Below, in pieces: positions 26,360-35,114 of a stretch of DNA of 64,000 bases. Below the pieces are notes generated by a model, which saw only the letters and a program-made list of their open reading frames with translations, was not told the DNA's origin and ran no database searches. Origin of the DNA: Bacillota bacterium (lineage in GTDB: Bacteria; Bacillota; Clostridia; Lachnospirales; Lachnospiraceae); the NCBI GenBank assembly GCA_023437715.1, contig JAEZFK010000035.1, positions 16,838 to 80,837 of the forward strand, written 5' to 3'. Position 1 is the first letter of the stretch; each line of letters opens with the position of its first letter. The translations under genes were made by a program, and so were the position numbers.

Positions 26360-27166
26360 TTAAACATCAAAGTCACCGCTGTCAGCACCTGTGGATCTCT
26401 TCTTAACATTTTTCTTCTGCTCCAATGGCAGATAGGATAAAAGCTTTTCTCTCAAATATTTTGGATTATCTCCAGCCTGTATGGACAGCACGCCTTCTAT
26501 GATGATCTGTTTATACAGAACTTCCTCCTCATTGCGGAGGCGAAGCTTTTTTGCCATTGGTGCAAAGAGCAGCTGAGCCATAATGCAGCCATAAAAGGTA
26601 GTGAGCAGCGCGATTGACATGTTTTTCCCAAGGCCGCCTGCCCCGTCTTCCATGTTCATGCCCTTCAGCATGTTGACCAGCCCCACAAGGGTACCGATCA
26701 GACCAAAGGCAGGAGCTGCGGAGCTTCCTCTTTCGTATATGCCCACCGCCTGTTCGTGACGGTCAGACATGATGGATACTTCACTTTCCAGAATGTCCCT
26801 GATCTTTTCCGCATCCATGGCATCCACGATCAGCATGACACTCTGCTTTAAAAACGGATCCTTTATTCTGTCAGCCTGTTCCTCCAGAAGCAGGAGGCCT
26901 CTTCTTCTGGCCGTACTGGCCATATCGACCAGCATATCAATAACCGCTCCGGCATCGTACCGATTCTGGCTAAACATGATTCCGATGTGCTTCGGAATCT
27001 GGGCCAGCATTCGAAAAGGAAAGCTGGCAACAAGGGTCGCCGCAGTGCCGCCTGCAACAATGACAATACTGGGCATATCTATGAAGTTTCCGATCTTGTC
27101 GATTCCTATACCGTAAATGATTAAGACGGCACCAAGTATCCAGCCTATGATCAATGATATATCCAT
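26360..27166 (-). CDS. motA: Stator protein MotA
   Basis: ARRRGLL.LE, APAFGLIGTLVGL, ALLTTFYG, IQAGDNP. Confidence 0.96.
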   Translation of the reverse strand: MDISLIIGWILGAVLIIYGIGIDKIGNFIDMPSIVIVAGGTAATLVASFPFRMLAQIPKHIGIMFSQNRYDAGAVIDMLVDMASTARRRGLLLLEEQADRIKDPFLKQSVMLIVDAMDAEKIRDILESEVSIMSDRHEQAVGIYERGSSAAPAFGLIGTLVGLVNMLKGMNMEDGAGGLGKNMSIALLTTFYGCIMAQLLFAPMAKKLRLRNEEEVLYKQIIIEGVLSIQAGDNPKYLREKLLSYLPLEQKKNVKKRSTGADSGDFDV

Positions 27167-27198
27167 GAAATCCTCCCTTAATCCAGACAACGCCTATG

Positions 27199-27402
27199 TT
27201 AAACTTTCATTTTCTGCGCGCATACATAGATTCGGGCATTGTATTCGATCACTCGGTTTATAATCTCTTCAACAGCTTCTCTTACAACATAATGCTTCCC
27301 GCTGACCAGCGTTATATTTGATTCCGGTATGGATTCAACCCTTTCGATCTGATTGCAGTTAATTACAAACTCCTCGCCGTTCAATCTTGTGAGACGAATC
27401 AT
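27199..27402 (-). CDS. flbD: FlbD/SwrD family protein
   Basis: MIRLTRLNG..F.IN...IE.VE..PE..ITL..G.HYVVRE. Confidence 0.92.
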   Translation of the reverse strand: MIRLTRLNGEEFVINCNQIERVESIPESNITLVSGKHYVVREAVEEIINRVIEYNARIYVCAQKMKV

Positions 27403-27422
27403 ATTTTTACCTTTCTCAAGCC

Positions 27423-27447
27423 TGGAGAGGCGGGCACCGCCTCTCCA
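27423..27447 (-). other. 11-bp hairpin after flgE (likely mRNA-stabilising)
   Basis: TGGAGAGGCGG-gca-CCGCCTCTCCA, no U tract. Confidence 0.55.
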
Positions 27448-27462
27448 AATCATGTAAGCTCA

Positions 27463-29112
27463 TTAACGCTTCATATTAACAAGTTCTTCCAGCATCTGGT
27501 CTGTTACAGTGATAATCTTTGAGTTGGCCTGGAAACCTCTCTGGGTGGTGATCATGTTGGTCATCTCAGTAGATAAATCCACTGTGGCCATTTCCAGATA
27601 GTTTCCGCGGATTGTTCCTTCCGTACCGCCTGCCTCGTAAACGCTGACATTTCCTGCATTGGGTCCGATGGAATAATAGTAACCGGTACTCTTTTCAAGG
27701 CCGTCGGTATTCTGCACGCCTGCCAAAGCTACCTTGCCGATAATAATGGTGACATCACCCGCCGTACCCACCAAGGTACCATCTCCCTGAATCTTAAAGT
27801 TGGTCAGTTTCGCGATTTCATCGGTACCTTTATCTGAAGCTTCCGTAGCGACAGCTGTAGCGGAATCCTGAGCCGCCTTTAAATTAGCGGTGGCATTATT
27901 CACAACAGTTGTAGCAGTATCCACTGCCTTTTCACCCGCCTCTTTTGCCTGGTATGCGGCATCCATCTGTCCTTTCAGAGAACCAGGGTCAATACCTGCA
28001 AGCTTATTCATCGCATCCGTTACGGCTTTCAACTTATCTTTCTGTGTATCATTCATGGTGCTGACATCAGAGCCGCTTATAGCCGTATTCAGTGCACTTT
28101 TATAAGTGGCAAACGCAGTATCAAGCACATCAAGTGCACTTTTCCTTGTTGTTCCATCTGACAACGGATCTGTTTTGTTGACAAACGACAAAGCTGCGGT
28201 AAGCTTGTAATTAGTCTCATCATATGCCAGCTTCGCAGTATAATAAGCTATGGCATTCGCATCCGTTCCTTCGCTCTGCCATGCCTTATAAGCCTCATCC
28301 ATGGTAACCTTTTGGGCTTTTAATGTCTCTGATAGCTCATCAATCTTTCCATATACAACATTATCGGTAGGGTCAGCGTATTCATTTACCGCCGAAGCAC
28401 CATAGGCCGTATTATATGCAGCCGTTTTCCCAATATAATCAGCTCTCAGCTGCCCCAGCAACCCTGTCTTTGTATTCAAATCTGCCTGAGCCTTTTCTAG
28501 AGCAGCTTGAGCAGCAGCCACCTGGCTCGTTGATTTGCCGGAGTTCATGCTGTTCAAATCGCCATTGGTAGGGATTCTAAGAGGCTTTAAAGTACCTGTA
28601 GCAAACTTTCCTGTCGTATAATCATTGCCATCGGGCTCATTGGCGAAACCGTAAATGTAATTTCCTCCATCGTCAACCAGATAGCCGTCGTTATCCACCT
28701 TAAACTGTCCGACCCTGGAAAGAGACAGACCGCTAGCTTTCAAGGCATTGTCCGATGACAAATCTACACTTCCACCGCTGATCATAGGGCCCACAACGAA
28801 AAATCCACTTCCATCGATCATGCAGTCCAACGCTCTGGAGGAGGGAGACATACCGCCTGTGGTAAAATCATAGGAAACCGAACCCGTGGTTACGCCGTAA
28901 CCGATCTGGTTAGCGTTGGTACCTCCATAGCCGCCGGCATCCGTGTTTCCAGCTGAACCGGATGAGGTATTCTGATACATGGTGTCCTTAAAGGACATAC
29001 TGGCTGCCTTGTAGCCCCATGTATTTACGTTTGCTATGTTGTTGCCGATAATATCCATTTTTGCCTGATGTGTTCTAAGACCTGCCACACCGGCGAACAT
29101 TGATTTGACCAT
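27463..29112 (-). CDS. flgE: Flagellar hook protein FlgE with long helical insert
   Basis: IIGNNIANVNTWGYK; LEMATVDLSTEMTNMITTQRGFQANSKIIT.TDQMLEELVNMKR. Confidence 0.95.
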   Translation of the reverse strand: MVKSMFAGVAGLRTHQAKMDIIGNNIANVNTWGYKAASMSFKDTMYQNTSSGSAGNTDAGGYGGTNANQIGYGVTTGSVSYDFTTGGMSPSSRALDCMIDGSGFFVVGPMISGGSVDLSSDNALKASGLSLSRVGQFKVDNDGYLVDDGGNYIYGFANEPDGNDYTTGKFATGTLKPLRIPTNGDLNSMNSGKSTSQVAAAQAALEKAQADLNTKTGLLGQLRADYIGKTAAYNTAYGASAVNEYADPTDNVVYGKIDELSETLKAQKVTMDEAYKAWQSEGTDANAIAYYTAKLAYDETNYKLTAALSFVNKTDPLSDGTTRKSALDVLDTAFATYKSALNTAISGSDVSTMNDTQKDKLKAVTDAMNKLAGIDPGSLKGQMDAAYQAKEAGEKAVDTATTVVNNATANLKAAQDSATAVATEASDKGTDEIAKLTNFKIQGDGTLVGTAGDVTIIIGKVALAGVQNTDGLEKSTGYYYSIGPNAGNVSVYEAGGTEGTIRGNYLEMATVDLSTEMTNMITTQRGFQANSKIITVTDQMLEELVNMKR

Positions 29113-29197
29113 ATAATATTATTCCTTTCTGTTTTCATACCTGCCGCCCTCCTGCTGTCAATCGGACATACAGGAAAAGCCCCCATAAATGGTCCGG
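29113..29197 (-). promoter_or_regulatory. Structured flgE leader (two hairpins)
   Basis: GCCGGACCATTTATGGGGGC then TCCTG.TGTC-CGATT-GACA.CAGGA on minus strand. Confidence 0.5.
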
Positions 29198-29572
29198 CTA
29201 TAGTAAAACGGCACTGTCGATATTTGTAAAAATATTCTCTTTCATTTCATTCTCAGACATGGTAGTTACAACTGTATTGTTAGGGACATTGACAATAAAC
29301 GCGCCCCTCTGGCTGATAATAACCACATCTTTCGCACCTTTTGAACGGGCTTTCTCCACAGCAGACTGTAAATCGTTGATAAAAGAATCTGACATTTCAA
29401 TTCCCCTCTGACTGACCCGTTCCGCAGCATGACGGGAAAACTGGAGTTTCTCTTTATCCCCAATCCGGCTATGAAGTACATCATTGAAGCTGCTTCCGCA
29501 TTCTGATACCGCTGCCGCACTCCTCAGCTTCAGTTGCCTCACGTCCTCATACTGATTAACTTTTCCTATCAT
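29198..29572 (-). CDS. TIGR02530-family flagellar operon protein
   Basis: FSRHAAERVSQRGI, KGAKD, VPNNTVVT, IFTNIDSAV; between flgD and flgE. Confidence 0.9.
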   Translation of the reverse strand: MIGKVNQYEDVRQLKLRSAAAVSECGSSFNDVLHSRIGDKEKLQFSRHAAERVSQRGIEMSDSFINDLQSAVEKARSKGAKDVVIISQRGAFIVNVPNNTVVTTMSENEMKENIFTNIDSAVLL

Positions 29573-29589
29573 GATTCATCACCTGCTTT

Positions 29590-30183
29590 TCAATCTTCGG
29601 ATTCTTTATCAGAGGAATTACCACCATCAATACTATTGTCAGTCTCATTTGTATCGGTGTTATCGGTGTCAACCTCATCAACATCCGTCGTATCGGTATC
29701 CTCCGTATCTTTCCCAAGATCATCTGGAGGAATATGGCCTTTTTCGTAAACAGACATGATATTCGCCACAGGATATCCGTTGTCACTGTCATCATCAAGA
29801 TAAACCGTAGGATTGCCGTCGAAAATATCCACTCTTGTTATGGTTCCTGTAATCTTTTTTAAGCTGCCATCCTTGTTTATGACGGCAACCAGAGCATCTT
29901 TTCCCATCATGGAGGTGCCGTAGTTGATATTATTGACCTTGGCAAAATCATCCATAGCTGTTGAAAAGTTCTGCATTGACTGCATCATGGCGATCTGGGT
30001 CATCTGGTCCATCATCTCCGCATTGCTCATGGGATTTGACATATCCTGATTTTGCAGTTGCGCTGCCAGAAGCTTGAAAAAGCCGTCCGTTGTCAGATCG
30101 GTTTTACTGGTGCTTTTTGTTGTGCTGGCGGATAAGGAGCTTATAAGAGCGCTATAAGTATCCACCGAATTTGTGCTTGCCAT
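29590..30183 (-). CDS. flgD: Hook capping protein FlgD
   Basis: FFKLLAAQLQNQD.SNPM; acidic C-tail. Confidence 0.93.
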   Translation of the reverse strand: MASTNSVDTYSALISSLSASTTKSTSKTDLTTDGFFKLLAAQLQNQDMSNPMSNAEMMDQMTQIAMMQSMQNFSTAMDDFAKVNNINYGTSMMGKDALVAVINKDGSLKKITGTITRVDIFDGNPTVYLDDDSDNGYPVANIMSVYEKGHIPPDDLGKDTEDTDTTDVDEVDTDNTDTNETDNSIDGGNSSDKESED

Positions 30184-30194
30184 TTTTCTTCTCC

Positions 30195-31463
30195 TTATCT
30201 GTAATCTGTTTCGGAGCTGTCCATATCGAAGATACCAAGCCGCAGCTTCTGAATGAAGTCTTCCCGGTTATCTTCCTGCCGGCTCTCCTGCTGTTGCTGC
30301 TGTTGCTGTCCTCCGCCCTGCTGTTCCTGCTGATTATTCAAATAATCCGCTTCCTGCTTGTCCACAAGAATCTGAACCGGGCGCTCCAGATTAGATGCCA
30401 AAATCGTGCCTAAATCTCCGGCTGACTGGGATAACAGCTTTAAGGTACTGTTCTCCGTACACAACACAGATACGCTGACCTGATTGTCCTCATAGGAAAC
30501 CTTGATCCGGATTTTTCCCATATTATAGGGCTCCAGCTGCACATCCAGCTCTTTCTTTCCATTGTTGATCTGCTTTAACAGCATTTCGGAAAGCCTGGCT
30601 TCCAAATCCTCCTGATTCCCTGCGTTCACTGTGGTATGGACGACCTCATCCTTGCCGGATGGAGCGCTCATTGTCCGGATGGGCTCATGAGACTTCTCCT
30701 GAGCGACCTCCGAGGTCTTTTCCTGGCCTTTTTCCTCTTTTACCGCTGAGAGTTGTTTTTCTTTTGCCTTTCCGCGGGAAGCGGTTACAACCGGCTCCTC
30801 TTCCTTTGAACCATCGGACACTTCCACCGAGGTCTTTTGGGAAGCTTTGTCAGCAGGGACACCTTTTCCATCCCCCGCTTTTGCTGCCTTTTCTTCGCCC
30901 TGCTTAAACGCGCCCGGGCCTATGACTTCTTTCTCTTTTCCTGTTCCCTGAGCAGCCATGTTTATGCCAGGACCTGTCTCTGATGTCTCTTCCTTCCCCT
31001 CCTGCAAAACCGACGGTGTTTCTGCGGTCTTTTCAGCCAGCTTCTGAAAGCGGAACTTCTCCAAAGACTGGAACGGATTTGCAGTCTGCACTTTGTCCGT
31101 TTCTCCTGATAAAGCTGCAAGACTTCCTGCCGTTTTGCTATCGGTCTTTGCCGCACCTTGCAGGGCTTCCTGCATAAGTCCCGGCCCCATCAGCTTCGTT
31201 TCATCTGCCGGCCCCTGAACTGCCTGCATGCCCGCAGCCACAACCGAGACAGCCGCTTCTCCCGGACCAGATTCCTTGGACGGATCTTTCTTCTCGTCGA
31301 CAGTTTCCTTAGTCTCCGGACTTTTATCGTCTTTCTTCTGATTCCGGCTCTTTATCATGGTCTTAAAGCCTGACAGCTCATCAACCGGCTTCTCACTGCT
31401 TTTACGGATATCGGACATCTGTCTGGTCAGCAGATCCAGACTGCTGTTCTTTACTTCTGTCAT
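30195..31463 (-). CDS. fliK: Hook-length control protein FliK
   Basis: Low-complexity N-part; C-terminal VQLEPYNMGKIRI domain; Q-rich tail. Confidence 0.88.
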   Translation of the reverse strand: MTEVKNSSLDLLTRQMSDIRKSSEKPVDELSGFKTMIKSRNQKKDDKSPETKETVDEKKDPSKESGPGEAAVSVVAAGMQAVQGPADETKLMGPGLMQEALQGAAKTDSKTAGSLAALSGETDKVQTANPFQSLEKFRFQKLAEKTAETPSVLQEGKEETSETGPGINMAAQGTGKEKEVIGPGAFKQGEEKAAKAGDGKGVPADKASQKTSVEVSDGSKEEEPVVTASRGKAKEKQLSAVKEEKGQEKTSEVAQEKSHEPIRTMSAPSGKDEVVHTTVNAGNQEDLEARLSEMLLKQINNGKKELDVQLEPYNMGKIRIKVSYEDNQVSVSVLCTENSTLKLLSQSAGDLGTILASNLERPVQILVDKQEADYLNNQQEQQGGGQQQQQQQESRQEDNREDFIQKLRLGIFDMDSSETDYR

Positions 31464-31537
31464 CTTTTTCCTCCTTTCTTTCCTGCCTTTCGGCATTTGA
31501 TATTTATGGTAACTGACAGGATGTTATCCTGGCAGAA

Positions 31538-31987
31538 TTACCTGCTGCCATGAACCGACGTTGTGTTTGATACAAATTCCTCAATGAACAGCTCTTCGCT
31601 GCGCAGCAGATCCTTGTTATACTGCATCAGCTTTTTCTCTTTCAGCTTCTCAATGGAAGCCGTTTCTTTTCTGGCTTCCACCACCTCGGCCCGCTTCTGT
31701 TCTTCCCTGCGTTTCAGCCTTTGTAAAACTCCCTGCTCCGCAAGTATCTTCTGCTGCATATAGGTGATATAGGATTCATACTCCCGCATCACATTGATGG
31801 CGATGCCGTTCTGAGTTTCCTCCTGAAACCGGGTGCAGGCGGAACTTCTCTGTTCAATCAGAGTGTTGATCCATTTCTCCTGCTGTGCGACCTTTGCCAG
31901 GATCTGAGCATGTTCGTTCTTCAAATTATCCAGAACCTGATCCTTGTAATTTAAAACGGTATCAAGAGGAAAATTAAACTTTTTCAT
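31538..31987 (-). CDS. fliJ: Export protein FliJ
   Basis: MKKFNFPLDTVLNYK, EKLKEK; follows fliI. Confidence 0.93.
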   Translation of the reverse strand: MKKFNFPLDTVLNYKDQVLDNLKNEHAQILAKVAQQEKWINTLIEQRSSACTRFQEETQNGIAINVMREYESYITYMQQKILAEQGVLQRLKRREEQKRAEVVEARKETASIEKLKEKKLMQYNKDLLRSEELFIEEFVSNTTSVHGSR

Positions 31988-32006
31988 CTTTACCCTTCTT
32001 TCTTCC

Positions 32007-33308
32007 TTATGCTAAAATCGCTTTCATCTTTTTAAGAATTTCTTCGTAGCTGTCGTTCTCTTCCACTCCCTGGCAAAGAAAACGGTTTATCTTGTCGATC
32101 TTTGCAATGGCTACGTCCAGCTTCGGATTCGTTCCGCTCTTGTAGGCGCCGATGGAGATTAAGTCCTCATTCTTTTCATAAAGGCTTAAAAGATCTCTGA
32201 TCCGGGAGGCCATCTCCCTGTGTTCATCGGACACGATGTTATTCATCAGACGGGAGATACTGGCGCTGACGTCAATGGCCGGAAAGTGGTTTGCGTTGGC
32301 CAGCTTTCTGCTTAAAACGATATGGCCGTCTACAATTCCCCTTACCGTATCGGCAATGGGTTCATTGGTATCGTCGCCTTCTACCAATACGGTATAGATT
32401 CCCGTAATGGAGCCCTTTCCGAAATTACCGCTTCGTTCCAGAAGCTTGGGAAACTCGGCATAGATGGAAGGGGTATAGCCTCTTGCCACCGGCGGCTCTC
32501 CGATGGCAAGGCCGATCTCTCTCTGAGCCATGGCAAAACGGGTCAGGGAGTCCATCATCAGAAGTACGTCCTTGCCCTGATTTTTAAAATACTCTGCAAT
32601 GGTGGTCGCCACCAGGGGGCATTTCATCCGGAGCATGGCCGGCTGGTCTGAGGTTGCCACCACCAGCACGGAACGCTTCATGCCTTCCGGCCCTAAATCC
32701 TTTTCCACAAACTCCAGGACCTCACGTCCACGCTCTCCCACCAGGGCCACTACATTGATGTCCGCCTTAACATTTCTGGCGATCATTCCCAGGAGCGTAC
32801 TCTTTCCTACGCCGCTGCCGGCGAAGATTCCGATACGCTGGCCCTTGCCGATGGTATTCATGCCGTCAATGGCCTTGACCCCGAATTCCAGCCGTTCTGA
32901 AATGGGTGGGCGGGTCATGGGGTTTATATAGGGATTCTCCACGTAATAATAACGGGGGGATTCAAAAGGCCCCTTGCCGTCCATGGGTTCTCCCTTTGCA
33001 TCAATGATCCGGCCTCTTAGAAATTCACCTACCGGAATCTTTAAGCGGCGTCTTGTATTTCTTACAAAGCTTCCCGCAGCGATGCCGCTCATATTTTCAT
33101 AGGCCATAAGCTGGATCTTGTCATCCTTAAAGCCTACCACTTCTACGGGAATCTGTTCTTTTCTGTCTTCGTTGTAAATATAGGCAATATCCCCAATGCT
33201 TGCCTTTCCTCCGGATGCCTCCATGGACATCCCCACAATATTTTCAATTTTTCCGATGTGGTCAATGGTTTCTGTTTTCATTATGAGATCAGAAAGCTCT
33301 TTAAACAT
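32007..33308 (-). CDS. fliI: Export ATPase FliI
   Basis: GIFAGSGVGKST, GERGRE, MDSLTRFAMAQRE. Confidence 0.98.
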   Translation of the reverse strand: MFKELSDLIMKTETIDHIGKIENIVGMSMEASGGKASIGDIAYIYNEDRKEQIPVEVVGFKDDKIQLMAYENMSGIAAGSFVRNTRRRLKIPVGEFLRGRIIDAKGEPMDGKGPFESPRYYYVENPYINPMTRPPISERLEFGVKAIDGMNTIGKGQRIGIFAGSGVGKSTLLGMIARNVKADINVVALVGERGREVLEFVEKDLGPEGMKRSVLVVATSDQPAMLRMKCPLVATTIAEYFKNQGKDVLLMMDSLTRFAMAQREIGLAIGEPPVARGYTPSIYAEFPKLLERSGNFGKGSITGIYTVLVEGDDTNEPIADTVRGIVDGHIVLSRKLANANHFPAIDVSASISRLMNNIVSDEHREMASRIRDLLSLYEKNEDLISIGAYKSGTNPKLDVAIAKIDKINRFLCQGVEENDSYEEILKKMKAILA

Positions 33309-33322
33309 GGGGGCTCCTCCTG

Positions 33323-34126
33323 TTACAGCCTTGCGTTGTTGAGTATTCCCTTTATATTCTCCAGCTGGGTGTTCACGCTGACGTCTATAATTTCCTCCGG
33401 CAGCTCGATGATGCAGCTTCCGTCCTCTGCGTGATCCATGGAAATGATCTTGATATTCCCCGAGATGTGAGACAGCTCATTGAGCAGTCCTACATCGCCC
33501 TGGAGCATGAGGCTGGCATCCGTCTGGGATACGTAGATCTTCACCCACTGGGTTTTCTTAAGCTTTCCTGCAGCAGAGACAATCATCCGTTTGACGATCT
33601 CTCCGCTGGATTTTAAGCTGGTCTGAATCACCTTTTCTGCAATTGTAAGGGTGATCTTCTTTAAATCATCAATGTATTTTTCCAGTATCTTGTCTTTCTC
33701 TTTTGTGACGCTTTCGACAGCCACTTTCATCTCTGCCTGAAATTCCCTGGTGAGGCGGTTCATCTCCGCCCGGTGGTCTTCATGGGCCTTTCTGCGGCCC
33801 TCCGCATACCCGGCGTCATAGCCTTCCTGATATCCGCTCTCCCTGGCCTGGCTGCGGATATTCTCCGCTTCCTCTTTGGCCTCCATGCGGAGCCTGCGGG
33901 CCTCTTCGGCAGCCTCTGTCAGAATGGTTTCAGCTCTCTTGTTGGCAGCGTCGAATATATCGGCAGTCTGCTGAAAGCTGTCCTCAAAGACTTCCTGCAA
34001 GGGATCATTGGGGGACTCTTTCTTTTCTTCCTTCACCGGGATGTCCAGGAACGTTCTGGAATAATTATATTTCAAAACAGATTCCGTCCGCTCGCTGCCT
34101 TTGATAATACTAGACAATGATATCAT
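33323..34126 (-). CDS. fliH: Export protein FliH
   Basis: GYQEGYDAGYAEG GxxxG repeats; between fliG and fliI. Confidence 0.92.
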   Translation of the reverse strand: MISLSSIIKGSERTESVLKYNYSRTFLDIPVKEEKKESPNDPLQEVFEDSFQQTADIFDAANKRAETILTEAAEEARRLRMEAKEEAENIRSQARESGYQEGYDAGYAEGRRKAHEDHRAEMNRLTREFQAEMKVAVESVTKEKDKILEKYIDDLKKITLTIAEKVIQTSLKSSGEIVKRMIVSAAGKLKKTQWVKIYVSQTDASLMLQGDVGLLNELSHISGNIKIISMDHAEDGSCIIELPEEIIDVSVNTQLENIKGILNNARL

Positions 34127-35114
34127 CCTTTCCGCCCTTGCTGATGATCAGCTCGCCTTCTTCTTCCAGACGCCTGATGGAGCTGACAATTCTCTGCTGT
34201 GCTTCTTCCACATCCCTCAAGCGGACATTGACGGTAACATCCATATCGGACTGAATGCTGTCCCGCATACGGGTCGACATGTTGGCAAAGATAACTTCCT
34301 TGATCTGGTCATTGGCATTCTTAAGAGCATAGACCATATCTTTCATATCGCACTCGCGGATAAAACGCTGGATGGAGCGGTTGTCCATGGTGACAATATC
34401 CTCGAATACGAACATCTTCTTGCGGATGGTGTCGGCAAGCTCTGCATCCTTCCTGCCCAGCTCGTCGAAGATGAGCTTTTCGTTTGCCCGGTCCATACGG
34501 TTCATGACGTTGGCAATGTAATCGATACCGCCCACAACGGTGTAATCTGTGGTAATAATTCCGGAGAATTTTCTCTTGATCTCCTCTTCCACAATTTTAA
34601 TGGCCTCCGGAGACGCACTTTCCATTCTGGCAATGGCCTCTACTACCCGAAGCCTTTTCTCCGGCGACAGTTCGGAAATGAGATTGGCTGTTATCTCTTC
34701 ATTGGTATAGGAAAGGACCAGCGCGATGGTCTGGGCCCTTTCATGCTGCAGAATCGATACCAGATTCTTTACGTCGCTTTTTCTGATAAAACTGAAAGAT
34801 CTGGACTTTAAGGACTGGGTCACCTTTGCCAGCAGGTTGTTGGCAGTTCCTTCGCCGAAAGCTTTTTCCAGAACCGTTCTGGCATATTCCAGTCCGCCGT
34901 CGGTAACCACCTTCTGAGTCAGACAGGTCTTGTAAAAATCATCCAGAACCTCTTTTGTCGCTTCCGACTCCACATGCCCCAGCTTGGCGACCTCGATGGT
35001 TAATCGCTCAATCTCTTCCTCGCTTAAATATTTGTAAATCTTGGAAGCTTTCTCTACACCGAGTGAAACGATGACGGTTGCCGCTTTTTGCTCTGGCGTT
35101 AAATTAGTTGCCAT
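34110..35114 (-). CDS. fliG: Rotor protein FliG
   Basis: GGLEYAR..LEKA, QTIALVLSY, MFVFED, VEEAQQRIV. Confidence 0.97.
   Translation of the reverse strand: MATNLTPEQKAATVIVSLGVEKASKIYKYLSEEEIERLTIEVAKLGHVESEATKEVLDDFYKTCLTQKVVTDGGLEYARTVLEKAFGEGTANNLLAKVTQSLKSRSFSFIRKSDVKNLVSILQHERAQTIALVLSYTNEEITANLISELSPEKRLRVVEAIARMESASPEAIKIVEEEIKRKFSGIITTDYTVVGGIDYIANVMNRMDRANEKLIFDELGRKDAELADTIRKKMFVFEDIVTMDNRSIQRFIRECDMKDMVYALKNANDQIKEVIFANMSTRMRDSIQSDMDVTVNVRLRDVEEAQQRIVSSIRRLEEEGELIISKGGKDDIIV

Noticed and set aside
34101..34811. 236-aa plus-strand ORF and the many similar short antisense ORFs in the track
   Set aside because: Lie opposite well-supported genes; explained by codon bias
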